64,000 nucleotides of DNA, taken from the NCBI GenBank assembly GCA_001443395.1, contig LDXK01000001.1:64001-128000 (forward strand). The letters are read 5' to 3'. Below, piece after piece: positions 1-9,734 of this stretch. The notes under the pieces were generated by a model. The model made no database searches. It saw only the letters and a program-made list of their open reading frames with translations, and was not told the DNA's origin. The translations under genes were made by a program, and so were the position numbers. Every line of letters starts with the position of its first letter. Positions within the stretch are counted from its first letter, which is position 1. This stretch comes from a candidate division WWE3 bacterium CSP1-7 (GTDB lineage Bacteria; Patescibacteriota; WWE3; 9FT-COMBO-53-11).

Positions 1-1614
1 AAGTTTTACATCCCGCGCTTTCAAGGTGATGCTTTCCTTACCTTGCCAGGATTCAATCTGAGGAGTGTAGGCAAAATCAATGGTCTGGCCGCGAGCCAAC
101 GGTTGGGTGGCGTTAAACCACAAAACCTCAAATCCCGGGGCGACCCCCAGCTTGAGGTGGTTCTTCCCGCGCCCCACTTTTTTGACCTGTAAAACAGTTG
201 CGCCCTCGGCCAGAAAAACCGGTTCGGGATTATCAACTCCGTGAGGAGAGAAATCCTGCAGTTCTTTAACCAACCCGGAATCAATCATCTCCAACGGAAG
301 GGGGAAGTCAATCTTGAGAACGGGACGCGGGTCTAGTTTTGACAATTCCGGGTCGGCGTTTTTACGGACGGTTTTTATAAACTCTTCCAGTTTCTCGGTT
401 CTGATCGTAAAACCGGCGGCGGCGGCGTGACCGCCAACATCCTCCAATAATTTGCCCGCTCCGCGCAAAACATCCACAATATTTAAACCGTTAACCGAAC
501 GGGCGGAGCCTTTGGAGAAATCCTTGCCTTGGGAGATCACGATCGCCGGCCGACCGTACTCCTCGACAATTTTGCCGGCTACCAAACCGATGATTCCCTC
601 ATGCCAGGAATCGTGATGGATGACAATCAGTCCTTCCTCGCCCTCTACCAATCCCTTGGCGTGGTCGAAGGTATGCACCGTCAGTTCCTGCCTCTCGGTG
701 TTGACTCGATTGAGAACCTGAGCCAGCTGGTGAGCCCGGGTAGGATCGGTAGTGCACAGGAGGCGCAGCGCCTCAATCCCGTGTTTGAGCCGGCCGACCG
801 CATTGATCCGCGGGCCAAACACCCATCCCGCCGCGTAGCTTCCCAGTGTTCCCGGCTTAAGGCCGGCAATCTCCGCCAGAGCCAGCAGGCCGGGACGCTC
901 CAACCGGTTAAGCACCTCAAATCCGGATCTCACCAGCGAGCGGTTCGCTCCCAGAAGCGGCTGCAGATCCGCCACCGTGGCGATCGCCACGAGATCAAGA
1001 CTAGGGTCTAGGGAATAGGGTTTAGGGGGTAGCTGAGATGCCAGCAACCAGGCGATGCCGGTGCCGCAGAGGGCAGTGGTGTGGACAATGGCGTAGGCCT
1101 TCGGTAATTTTCGGGGTTTGAGGTGGTGGTCGGTGATGATCAGATCAGCTCCCAATTCTTTGATCAGGTCCGCCTCCGCCCCGGCCGTTATTCCGGAGTC
1201 GACTGTGATAATCAAACGGCAACCCTCCCCCACCAGTTTTTTGATTGCGGCGGCGCCCAGGCCGTACCCCTCCTCAAAACGGTCGGGAATGTGGGGAAGG
1301 GCTTTTGCCCCCAGTCCGTACAACGTTTGCCACAGAACCGCGGTGGCGCAGATACCATCCACATCGTAGTCCCCCCAGACAATAATCTTCTCCCCTTTTT
1401 GAATGGCGGTTTTGATTCGAGAAACAGCGCGGTTGAGCTGGTCTTGATCAAGATCGGAAAAATACTTGGCGGATTGGGCAATCAGATCGCTTGGTTTGGG
1501 AGGGGTGAAGAATTCCTCCTGGTTCTTGATTCCCCTATTACCGAGAAGAGTTCTTTTGATTTCTTCCAGATTATCCGGCTTCCGGTCGCTAACCAATTCC
1601 CATCGTTTTTTCAT
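1..1614 (-). CDS. recJ: Single-stranded DNA exonuclease RecJ (runs off the window edge)
   Basis: Hand translation from ATG at 1614: MKKRWELV...GDYDVDG...EGYG...ITVDSG...ITDHH...; DHH motifs; no stop seen in the stretches read, and absence from the ORF track fits a frame open to base 1. Confidence 0.93.
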   Translation of the reverse strand, partial: MKKRWELVSDRKPDNLEEIKRTLLGNRGIKNQEEFFTPPKPSDLIAQSAKYFSDLDQDQLNRAVSRIKTAIQKGEKIIVWGDYDVDGICATAVLWQTLYGLGAKALPHIPDRFEEGYGLGAAAIKKLVGEGCRLIITVDSGITAGAEADLIKELGADLIITDHHLKPRKLPKAYAIVHTTALCGTGIAWLLASQLPPKPYSLDPSLDLVAIATVADLQPLLGANRSLVRSGFEVLNRLERPGLLALAEIAGLKPGTLGSYAAGWVFGPRINAVGRLKHGIEALRLLCTTDPTRAHQLAQVLNRVNTERQELTVHTFDHAKGLVEGEEGLIVIHHDSWHEGIIGLVAGKIVEEYGRPAIVISQGKDFSKGSARSVNGLNIVDVLRGAGKLLEDVGGHAAAAGFTIRTEKLEEFIKTVRKNADPELSKLDPRPVLKIDFPLPLEMIDSGLVKELQDFSPHGVDNPEPVFLAEGATVLQVKKVGRGKNHLKLGVAPGFEVLWFNATQPLARGQTIDFAYTPQIESWQGKESITLKARDVKL

Positions 1615-2514
1615 TTAGGGAAGTCGGAGAACCCCCCGCCAACCATGCTTGACCGAAAGCTTGTGCCAAACCACCAGAAGCGGGGCGGCGGTGAAGGTAG
1701 AAGAATAGGTCCCCGAGACCGTTCCCACCAGGAGAGCAAAAACGAACCATTTCAGAGTCTCGCCGCCCAGAGCAAAGAGGGCCAGAAGCATAAAGATGAT
1801 CGTCAAGGAATTATTGAGGGAGCGAACCATCGTCTCTCCCACCGCCTGATCCACGGCTTCCTCGAGATCGAGGTTGGCATTGCGGCGAATTTCCCTGATC
1901 CTGTCAAAAACGACAATCGTGTCATGGACCGAAAAAGAAAGAGTAGTGAGAACTGCGGTCACAAAAAGAGTTCCGATTTCGACTCCGGCGAAGCGGCCGA
2001 GCAGGGAAAATACTCCGAACAGGACCAAAGTGTCGTGAAACATCGCCAGAATTGCAGTCGCCCCGTATGCCAAATTCTTGAAGCGATAGGCGACGTAGAG
2101 CAGGATGGCCAGGGTCGCCAGGACAACGGCAAAAGCCGCCTTGCGAAGCAGTTCCGTCCCCAGGCGCGGGCCCAGAGTCTCAAAACGAATCTCCGTAAAA
2201 TCGCCGATCCTCTCTTTCAAAGCTGCGGCAATGGTCTGCTTTTGAGAAGAATCCACCACAGCGGTTTTGATCAACAACCGATCCTCCGCCGCGGTCTGGA
2301 TTTCCACCGGCAGCTTTTCGACTTCAAATACGCTCTGAACCACTTCAATTCCGGAAGAAACTCGATCGCTCGCGACCTGAATTTCCCAGAGAGTACCTCC
2401 GGTGAAATCGATGGAAGGTTTGAGACCGAAAGAAATTAAGGAAACTAACCCCGGCAGGATCACCGCCAGGGAGACGAGGAAAAACAGCAATTTATAGCGC
2501 ATAAACTTGAGCAT
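1615..2514 (-). CDS. secF: Protein translocase subunit SecF
   Basis: IDFTGG, SVHDTIVVFDRIRE, GTYSS motifs; next to secD. Confidence 0.96.
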   Translation of the reverse strand: MLKFMRYKLLFFLVSLAVILPGLVSLISFGLKPSIDFTGGTLWEIQVASDRVSSGIEVVQSVFEVEKLPVEIQTAAEDRLLIKTAVVDSSQKQTIAAALKERIGDFTEIRFETLGPRLGTELLRKAAFAVVLATLAILLYVAYRFKNLAYGATAILAMFHDTLVLFGVFSLLGRFAGVEIGTLFVTAVLTTLSFSVHDTIVVFDRIREIRRNANLDLEEAVDQAVGETMVRSLNNSLTIIFMLLALFALGGETLKWFVFALLVGTVSGTYSSTFTAAPLLVVWHKLSVKHGWRGVLRLP

Positions 2515-2515
2515 T

Positions 2516-3823
2516 TTAGCGATAAAAAACCCGCACGAGCGTCCGCGTCACCAAAACACCGGTGAAAAGCGAAAGCAAAACTCCCAAACCCAGAGTCAGC
2601 GCAAATCCCCGCACCATCCCCGAAGTCACCAGGAAAGACCAATCAAAAGGGTTGAAAAGGATTGAGACCGTCGCCAGCGTCGCCAGGTTCGCATCGCGAA
2701 TCGAATCCCAGGCCCGTCCAAATCCCAACTCCATTGCCGTCTTGAGATCCTTCCCCCACCGCCGTTCTTCCTTGATCCGCTCAAAAACCAGGATGTTCGC
2801 GTCGACCGCCATCCCGACGGAAAGAATAAATCCGGCAATCCCCGAGAGAGTTAGCGTAACCGGAATCAACTTGTAGATCGCCAGTGTGAGAGTGCCGTAG
2901 ATCGCCAACGCAATGGCGGCCAGCAAACCCAATCGGCCATAGTTTCCCACCATGAAAAGAAGAACCAACACCAACCCGGCCAATCCCGCTACCACACTTT
3001 TCTGAAGCTCCTGCTCCCCCAGCGTCGGGCCGATCTGGCGCCTCTCTAAAACCGAAATAGGGGTCGGCAGGGCTCCGGCATTCAGCTGGGCCACGAAGCG
3101 GCGGGCCTCCTCCAGGGTGAAAGTGCCGGTGATCACGGCGCTTCCGCCGGAAATCTTTCCCTGCACCGTCGGGGCAGAGAGAACCGCCCCGTCCAAAAAA
3201 ATCGCCAGCGGCTGGCCGATGTTTCGGGCCGTGATCTCCTCAAACTTCTTCGCCCCCGCAGCGGTAAAGGTCAGACCGATCTGGGGATTGCCGTTCGTGC
3301 TGTCAAATTGGAGATCCGCTTTTGCCAAATCTTTGCCGGTCAATCCGGTAGTGACAAAATTATCCCCTTCCCGAAAGGGCTGCCCCTCGGTATCCTCGGG
3401 TTGCAATTTCGCTTCGCGAAAGTCGAGCTGGGCGGTCGACCCGATAAGCGCCAGGGCTTCTTCAGGGTTGGTGACGCCGGGAAGTTCCACAATTATTCGG
3501 AAAGATTCTCCCAGTCGAGAAGTCTGGACCGTCGGTTCCGCCACCCCCAGAAAATCAACTCTCCGCTCGATCACCGCCCGGGCACTCTCCAAGGCCGAGG
3601 GACGATCGGCCGAGGAAACACCGGACATTTCCGCTTCCAAAACCAGCTGCAAACCACCCTGCAAGTCCAACCCGCGGCGGAGGGTAAAATCGTAGGGAAA
3701 ACTCCGGTCAAAAAGGCGAATCTCACCTTTCCCATTCCACAAAAATCCGCCGGCGGCCACGATCGCCGCCAAAATAGTCAATAAAATAATTACCAGAAAA
3801 ATCCGAATCGGGGTTAACTTCAT
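2516..3823 (-). CDS. secD: Protein translocase subunit SecD
   Basis: GLDLQGG, IGPTLG, GMAVDANILVFERIKEE motifs. Confidence 0.97.
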   Translation of the reverse strand: MKLTPIRIFLVIILLTILAAIVAAGGFLWNGKGEIRLFDRSFPYDFTLRRGLDLQGGLQLVLEAEMSGVSSADRPSALESARAVIERRVDFLGVAEPTVQTSRLGESFRIIVELPGVTNPEEALALIGSTAQLDFREAKLQPEDTEGQPFREGDNFVTTGLTGKDLAKADLQFDSTNGNPQIGLTFTAAGAKKFEEITARNIGQPLAIFLDGAVLSAPTVQGKISGGSAVITGTFTLEEARRFVAQLNAGALPTPISVLERRQIGPTLGEQELQKSVVAGLAGLVLVLLFMVGNYGRLGLLAAIALAIYGTLTLAIYKLIPVTLTLSGIAGFILSVGMAVDANILVFERIKEERRWGKDLKTAMELGFGRAWDSIRDANLATLATVSILFNPFDWSFLVTSGMVRGFALTLGLGVLLSLFTGVLVTRTLVRVFYR

Positions 3824-4008
3824 CTTTGTTTTTTCTCAACTGCTAGAGGAAGCTGCCGGACCGACGGGAAACTAAAAGTGATTTCTCCTTTGACATAATT
3901 AATCGATACTTCCACCGGATCACCAATTCTGAGGTTTAAAACTTTGATGAAATCCGCAGGCAAAGTCACCGCCGCGGAGTTTCCGGTTTGGATGATCTTT
4001 TTTGCCAT
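3820..4008 (-). CDS. AbrB/MazE/SpoVT-family DNA-binding protein
   Basis: MAKKIIQTGNSAAVTLP...LNLRIGD pattern; start moved to ATG 4008. Confidence 0.8.
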   Translation of the reverse strand: MAKKIIQTGNSAAVTLPADFIKVLNLRIGDPVEVSINYVKGEITFSFPSVRQLPLAVEKKQR

Positions 4009-4033
4009 CGCTCCAATGATAGCAGACAAAACT

Positions 4034-4696
4034 CTAGATCGAGAGGTAATTATCCGGTCCCGTGGTCAAGACAACTTTGGGCTGGAGGAGAGCGTTGATA
4101 ATCAACGGGTCGCGCCGCTTCTTCAGCTCATCAAACTCTTTTTCCGAAAGAACCGCGTAGTTGATCTCATTGCCCCGGTGCTTCTCTTCTTCTTTGACAA
4201 CAACGGAGATCTTTGACACCGGAATCCGGCCCACTATCAGGATATCGATGTCATTTGGTCCGGCTGTCCTTCCTAGAAGGAAGGGAATCGAAACAAAAGC
4301 GAACTTGATGTCGCGGCTGTTCCGGCCAAGCAGAGCCTTTCCCAGACCCTCCTCTTTCACCACCAACCCCAGGACCTCCCCCAAAAGAGGAAAATCATGG
4401 CGCAGCTGGTAATAAATTCGGTTCTTCTGGGGGTTGGGCTGCAGCATCCCCAGTCCGGTTAAGTTTTCCAGTTCCCGCCGCACCGCATTGATCTCGGTCC
4501 CCACCCGACGAGTGATCTCACGGACGTGATACGAAACCGCCGGGCGCAGCAGAAAAAGCTTTAGAATATCCACCCGCACCTGCGAAACAAAAAGCTTCTT
4601 CAGAGCACCGGCGGCCGAAGCCAGACTCCGCCCTCCTCCAGATCGCGTTCGGCGAGTCGTTCTTGTTGTTTTTCGGCCAGGTTTAATTAAAGCCAT
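4034..4696 (-). CDS. Winged-helix protein with a degenerate nucleotidyltransferase-like C-terminal domain
   Basis: HVREITR...INAVRRELENL helix-turn-helix; DIDILIVG nucleotidyltransferase-like motif. Confidence 0.7.
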   Translation of the reverse strand: MALIKPGRKTTRTTRRTRSGGGRSLASAAGALKKLFVSQVRVDILKLFLLRPAVSYHVREITRRVGTEINAVRRELENLTGLGMLQPNPQKNRIYYQLRHDFPLLGEVLGLVVKEEGLGKALLGRNSRDIKFAFVSIPFLLGRTAGPNDIDILIVGRIPVSKISVVVKEEEKHRGNEINYAVLSEKEFDELKKRRDPLIINALLQPKVVLTTGPDNYLSI

Positions 4697-4727
4697 TCAT
4701 CTTCACCCCCTCCCAATTTTTCTTAAA

Positions 4728-4759
4728 AATTGCTAGCCCGCTTAGGCGGGCGTCCAATT
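4728..4759. repeat. GAC/TAG internal-loop hairpin element, copy 1
   Basis: aattg-CTA-g-cccgc-ttag-gcggg-c-GTC-caatt. Confidence 0.85.
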
Positions 4760-5915
4760 ATTTAGGAATAATCTCGATCCAAGTTAAGCCTCGGTTGAAA
4801 TTAATTTCGGTGCTCTTCCCCCGCTTGTAGAACTTCATTCGGGCGGAAACAGACGACCGTTTCCAAGTCCCCAAAATTTTGACCCCGTCCAGGTAGATCT
4901 CGGCATTCCCCTGCCCCGTTGTGGTGTAGAGGAGATGGCCTGTTCCGTCCCCGGCCGAGCGCTGGGAGACGTGCGCCAGGACGATGTTTTTGGCGGAGAG
5001 TTGTTTCTTGGTGGCCTGGTCGAGGTGCTTGGCTCCCCCTTGAAAACGGAGGTAGGAATTCGTGGTCCGATCGTAGCGCCATTCTCCCTTGTAGGCCACC
5101 GGGTAGCCCCAGAAACTGAAGGAAATTTTTTGGGCCTTTGGCCGCTGGGCGTAGGGCGATTCCGCCTTGAACTTCCATTGGGAGAAGTTGGGTAAAGTGT
5201 TTGTTCCCTGGTAGAGAGATTGGCCGGCGTTCCAGAGCTTCTGGGTGGAGGTGTAATTGATGTGAGATAGCACCATCCCCCCATTGAAAAGGACATTGCC
5301 GCCGAAGGTGAAGGTAGAGGAACCGAGCCGAAACTGATCGAGATCCAGAACCCCGTGACCGGCAATGTAGTCGTAGATGTTGGCCGGCGAACCATGGGTG
5401 GAAGCTCCGCCGACATGGGCATAGTAGGCCGGAAACTGGAGCGCCCATTGAATGAAATAGACCCGGGAGGAGCGGACGGGTCCGATCTTGGGCACACTCT
5501 GACCGTGAAAGACCGCCAGAAATCTCGTGATGCCGCCCTCGGCCACCGCCTCGTAGATCTGGTCGGCCTTCTGCAGCCCAAACTGATAACGCCGGGCTAG
5601 CGAGTGGTTATCGATCATCACCGCCAGGGGGCGCTTCTTCTGCCAGAACTCGGCCTCACTCTCCGAGTAAAAAGTCCCGCTGATCGGCTGGACAGTTTCT
5701 TTTATCGCGGGATCGGCGAGGGCCACCGCGGGTTTGTTATCGGCGCCTCCCAAAGGATTAATGAACGGGAGGGAAAAATACTGGGCGAGGAGAAGGTATC
5801 CCCCGCCGGCCGTAAAAACAAAAAGGAACCATCCCGTCAGAAGAATTCCGCGGCGATGGTTTCTCAGGAATCCCACGAAATTAGACCAATATTTACTCAA
5901 TCGTTCACGCATCAC
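4758..5915 (-). CDS. DUF3048-family (YerB-like) membrane-anchored protein
   Basis: N-terminal transmembrane segment; RPLAVMIDN, EGGITRF, GPVRSSR motifs. Confidence 0.85.
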   Translation of the reverse strand: MMRERLSKYWSNFVGFLRNHRRGILLTGWFLFVFTAGGGYLLLAQYFSLPFINPLGGADNKPAVALADPAIKETVQPISGTFYSESEAEFWQKKRPLAVMIDNHSLARRYQFGLQKADQIYEAVAEGGITRFLAVFHGQSVPKIGPVRSSRVYFIQWALQFPAYYAHVGGASTHGSPANIYDYIAGHGVLDLDQFRLGSSTFTFGGNVLFNGGMVLSHINYTSTQKLWNAGQSLYQGTNTLPNFSQWKFKAESPYAQRPKAQKISFSFWGYPVAYKGEWRYDRTTNSYLRFQGGAKHLDQATKKQLSAKNIVLAHVSQRSAGDGTGHLLYTTTGQGNAEIYLDGVKILGTWKRSSVSARMKFYKRGKSTEINFNRGLTWIEIIPK

Positions 5916-6053
5916 GCTTTACTGGACTAGTAACCTCAAATCGTACCCTTTCATTACTCAATGTAACAAGATTGGAATCGGGGTTGCAAGTGCTGTCCTC
6001 GCTTACGCTCGGTTGCACTAATTACTCGCTAGCGCTGCGTCATTAGTTCCGAG

Positions 6054-6085
6054 AAGGACGGCTTGGCTACGCCAAACCTAGCCTT
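6054..6085. repeat. GAC/TAG hairpin element, copy 2
   Basis: aag-GAC-g-gcttggc-tac-gccaaac-c-TAG-cctt. Confidence 0.7.
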
Positions 6086-6105
6086 AGCTTTGCTAAAGTT
6101 AAACC

Positions 6106-6399
6106 GTGGCTAAGAAAACCCGCCAAGAGAAGGATCTGGCCCGGCTCCGTCGGCAGATAGAAGTGCTAAGGGCCCAAAACAGCGAGCGTTCCCATGACTA
6201 CTCCCCTCCCCCGCGGGAGGTGCAAGAAGAAAGCAAGCCGGGAAAATCTACGGAACCACCGATCAAGAATTTGGAAATCAGAAAAGTCGCCCCTAAATTT
6301 ATTAAAGCCGATCTGCTCAAAACCATCGTCCTCTCTTTGGCGGCGCTGGCAGTTATCGCCGCTTTATATCTGTTGCGCAATCAAATTCCTTTCCTCTAG
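6106..6399 (+). CDS. Hypothetical protein with a C-terminal transmembrane helix
   Basis: GTG-start ORF filling the gap; DLLKT followed by a hydrophobic helix. Confidence 0.65.
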   Translation: MAKKTRQEKDLARLRRQIEVLRAQNSERSHDYSPPPREVQEESKPGKSTEPPIKNLEIRKVAPKFIKADLLKTIVLSLAALAVIAALYLLRNQIPFL

Positions 6400-6443
6400 A
6401 GTTCTTCTCTCGGTCGGTATTGGACAAGAAGTACAATCCCGGC

Positions 6444-7976
6444 CTAGAGTTCTTCCCTAGGCCGGTATTGGAGAGCCTCGGCGACGTGTTCGGGAAGAAT
6501 ATTGGAAACTCCGCCCAGGTCGGCAATTGTTCGAGCAACTTTCAGAACTTTGTGGTAAGCCCGAGCTGACAACGCCATTTGAGAAACGGCCTGCCGGATC
6601 AATGTCTGCGCTTCTTCGGTTGCCTGGCAATAAACTTGGACCTCTTTGGATGAGAGCTCTCCATTGCTGTAAATCCTCTTACCCCGGTACCGCGCCAGTT
6701 GAATATCGCGGGATGCCTGAACCCTCTGCCGAATAATCCGGCTAGACTCTCCTTGCCGGCTTCTATCATCCTGCATCAATTTCTCCGTCTTCACTGCCGG
6801 AACTTCAACGTGAAGATCAATTCGATCCAAAATTGGACCGGATATTTTCTTCTTGTACTGCGATATCTGGTGAGCGGTGCAAGTACAGTTCCGCCGCGGG
6901 TCGCCGAGATACCCGCAGGGGCAGGGATTCTCCGCCGTCACCAAAATAAACTTAGCCGGAAAAGCAATCGTCCCGGCCGCCCTCGAGACCGTCACGATCC
7001 CGTCTTCCAACGGCTGCCGCAACGCCTCCAAAACGTGGCGGGGAAACTCCGGAAATTCATCCAAAAATAGTATCCCCCGATGAGAAAGAGAGATTTCTCC
7101 GGGAGAGGGATGAGTCCCTCCCCCGATCAGACCAATCCTAGAGGTGGTGTGATGGGGAGAACGAAAAGGCCGCCGCTTTATCAGTGCTTCTCCGACGGGG
7201 AGATTTCCCGAGATGGAATAGATCTTGGTAACTTCCAACGCCTCGTCCGGAGTGAGCTGCGGCAAGATCGAGGGCAACGATCGCGCCAGGAGAGTCTTTC
7301 CGGCTCCGGGAGGACCGGATAACCGAAGGTTATGACCGCCGGCGGCTGCAATTTCGAAAGCCCGTTTTGCCTGTTCCTGGCCAAGAATATCGGAAAAATC
7401 AAAATCCGCTTCTTCTTCCCCAATCAAATCAGCGATTTCGGCGGTCTCGGCGTGGCTAATCAATTTCAATCCTAGGAAGTGCTGGATCAAATCATAGAGA
7501 GTTGGAACCGGGTAAACCTGAACCCCATGCACCAGCGAAGCTTCCGCCGCATTGGCAGCCGGCAAAAATATCTTTCGGATCCCCTCTTCTTTGGCAAGAA
7601 GGGCCGCCGGCAGCACTCCCGGGGTGTGGCGAAGAGAACCATCCAGAGAGAGTTCCCCTAAGACCATAATTTCTTCCGATTTTAGATCAATCTGGCCGGA
7701 AGCAATCAGAATTCCCATCGCAATCGGCAGGTCATAATAGGAGCCTTCTTTCTTTAAATCGGCGGGAGCAAGATTAACGGTGATTCGGTAGTCGGGAAAA
7801 TCGGCCTTGGTATTAACGATCGCCGAACGAACTCTTTCGCGGCTTTCTTCCACCGCTTTATCAGGCAGGCCGACAATCGTAAAAGCGGGGAAACCGCGTT
7901 TCTCAATATCCACCTCAACTTTTACCGGAATGGCGTTCAGACCGACCGTGGCCGCGGAAATAACTTTCGCCAGCAT
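6444..7976 (-). CDS. comM: YifB/ComM-family Mg-chelatase-like AAA+ ATPase
   Basis: VGLPDKAVEES, NLAPAD, GPPGAGKT, LFLDEFPEF, NPCPCG motifs. Confidence 0.93.
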   Translation of the reverse strand: MLAKVISAATVGLNAIPVKVEVDIEKRGFPAFTIVGLPDKAVEESRERVRSAIVNTKADFPDYRITVNLAPADLKKEGSYYDLPIAMGILIASGQIDLKSEEIMVLGELSLDGSLRHTPGVLPAALLAKEEGIRKIFLPAANAAEASLVHGVQVYPVPTLYDLIQHFLGLKLISHAETAEIADLIGEEEADFDFSDILGQEQAKRAFEIAAAGGHNLRLSGPPGAGKTLLARSLPSILPQLTPDEALEVTKIYSISGNLPVGEALIKRRPFRSPHHTTSRIGLIGGGTHPSPGEISLSHRGILFLDEFPEFPRHVLEALRQPLEDGIVTVSRAAGTIAFPAKFILVTAENPCPCGYLGDPRRNCTCTAHQISQYKKKISGPILDRIDLHVEVPAVKTEKLMQDDRSRQGESSRIIRQRVQASRDIQLARYRGKRIYSNGELSSKEVQVYCQATEEAQTLIRQAVSQMALSARAYHKVLKVARTIADLGGVSNILPEHVAEALQYRPREEL

Positions 7977-8035
7977 TTTGCCACCAGCATAACACCGATC
8001 TAGGGAATTTCAAGACCCCGTGATAAAATGTAGAT

Positions 8036-8392
8036 GCGTAGGAAATCGGACGATCGCTCGCCTTAAAAGCGAGAGGAAAGTCCTGACTCCTTAGAGCAAG
8101 GGTTGGGCCGCAAGGTCCGACGGGTGACTGCTGGTGGTCCGAATCGAAAGAATTCGGACACGGGTCTCGAATTAACGAGACCCGAGAGCAACAGAGACGA
8201 GCTTGGATCTAAACCGCAAGGCATGATTCAAGAGTGAAACGGGCAATCCCACCTGGAGCAATCCACGAACGCACCTTAGGCTGCTCGCCGATGCTTTTGA
8301 TGACAAATTTTGGCCAACAAAGGCAGGGTGCAAAGATGGAGCTTAGAGAGATGATCGTCTAAAACAGAATCAGGCTTACTGGTTTCCTGCGC
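8036..8392 (+). ncRNA. rnpB: RNase P RNA
   Basis: GAGGAAAGTCC, GTGAAACGGGCAATCC and ACAGAATCAGGCTTA conserved blocks; P1 pairing gcgtaggaaatc/ggtttcctgcgc; extended -10 TGaTAAAAT at 8021-8029. Confidence 0.93.
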
Positions 8393-8430
8393 AAGAAAAC
8401 GTCCCGCTGAAAGCGGGGCTTTTTCGTTTT
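8393..8430. terminator. Intrinsic terminator between convergent rnpB and the AI-2E gene
   Basis: cccgc-tgaaa-gcggg stem with A-rich and T-rich flanks. Confidence 0.7.
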
Positions 8431-9424
8431 ACCTTCGGGAGTGGTTCCAATCGAGGATGTCGCGAGCAATAATGCTCAAAAGAATGGCCGACGGAATGGA
8501 GAGCACCGCTCCGCCGATGCCGAAAAGCTGGGCGCCGGCAAAGATAATGACCAGGGTAATCAGCGGAGAAAATCCGATCGCCCGCCCCATCACGTTCGGC
8601 ACGATCAGGGAATTTTCAAGCTGCTGCACGATCAGATAGAGACCGAGAATCCAAACTCCCAGCCAAAAAGAGGTCCCAAAACCGACCAGAAGGGCCGGGA
8701 TCGAGGAAAGAACCGGTCCGATGGTCGGCACCACCTCCAAAAGCCCGGCGATCACCGCCAGCGGAAGAGCATATTCCACTCCCAGCGCGAGAAGGCCCAA
8801 GTAAACCATTACCCCCACCACGACCATCAACAGCAACTGGCCCCTCAACCAACCTCCCAACTGCTTTTCCATCGATTCCACAATCCGCTGGAACCTAATC
8901 CGAGAGTGCGAATTGAGCATCGCGGCAAATCTTCCCTTTAGGTTCTCCCAATCCAAGAGAACATAAAACGTGAGGAAGAGAACGGTAATCACGAAGAGGG
9001 CGTTGGAAACGATTGCTCCGGCGATCGACAGGATGTTAGCTGAGAGCAGGGTGGCCTGCGAAACCAGCTGCTGTTGAAGTTCGCTCGCAAACGGGATCGG
9101 CCCGATCTTCTCGAGAAAGGGCCCGAGGAAATTGGGAAGATTGACGATAAACCTTCCCGTCTGATTTATCAACGGAGTAAAGCCGTAGGCCGTTAATCCC
9201 AGCAATAGTGCCAGAAAAAAGAAAAATACAAAAAAGACTCCGATCGGGCGAGGGAGGCGCAGTTTCTTCAATTTCACCACCAGAGGATCGAGAGCCAGAC
9301 TCAGAGCAAGGGCGATAAAAACCGCCACCACCACCAGCTTGATCTGGATCAGTACCCAAGTTATCGCCAGCAGAGCGATACCGATGACAATTGTTCTCGG
9401 AGTGACTTCGTAGCGTTTGTCCAC
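8429..9424 (-). CDS. AI-2E family transporter
   Basis: Multiple transmembrane segments; GWLRGQL, VPTIGP, QQLENSLIVP motifs. Confidence 0.9.
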   Translation of the reverse strand: MDKRYEVTPRTIVIGIALLAITWVLIQIKLVVVAVFIALALSLALDPLVVKLKKLRLPRPIGVFFVFFFFLALLLGLTAYGFTPLINQTGRFIVNLPNFLGPFLEKIGPIPFASELQQQLVSQATLLSANILSIAGAIVSNALFVITVLFLTFYVLLDWENLKGRFAAMLNSHSRIRFQRIVESMEKQLGGWLRGQLLLMVVVGVMVYLGLLALGVEYALPLAVIAGLLEVVPTIGPVLSSIPALLVGFGTSFWLGVWILGLYLIVQQLENSLIVPNVMGRAIGFSPLITLVIIFAGAQLFGIGGAVLSIPSAILLSIIARDILDWNHSRR

Positions 9425-9454
9425 GTCAGATCAGTTTAGCAAAAGAAACCATAA

Positions 9455-9733
9455 TCACTTGCCCTCAATCGTCTTTTTCAGGCCAACCCCCGCGATGAAA
9501 GCCGGGGTGAGGTGTTCAGGAATCTGCACCCGTTGGCCGGTGCGGGGAACTTTTCCCAGCCGCGCCTTTCTCTTTCGAACCTCGAAAGTCCCAAAACCGG
9601 TGATCGTGACCCGCTCCCCATTCGCCAAACCTCGCCCAATCACTTCCAAGAAAGAATTCACAATCCGTTCGGTCCGAGCAAAGGGTAGGCCGATTTCCTT
9701 AGCGACATCGTAAACAACGGCGGTTTTGTTCAA
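9455..9733 (-). CDS. hup: HU family DNA-binding protein
   Basis: MNKT...GFGTFEVRKRKAR...PRTG...PAF; TTG start. Confidence 0.9.
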   Translation of the reverse strand: MNKTAVVYDVAKEIGLPFARTERIVNSFLEVIGRGLANGERVTITGFGTFEVRKRKARLGKVPRTGQRVQIPEHLTPAFIAGVGLKKTIEGK

Positions 9734-9734
9734 A

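Noticed and set aside
1123-2439. 438-aa plus-strand ORF and many other long antisense ORFs (for example 11788-12672, 24422-25357, 58342-59007)
   Set aside because: Shadow frames opposite well-supported genes in GC-rich DNA, with no recognisable motifs.
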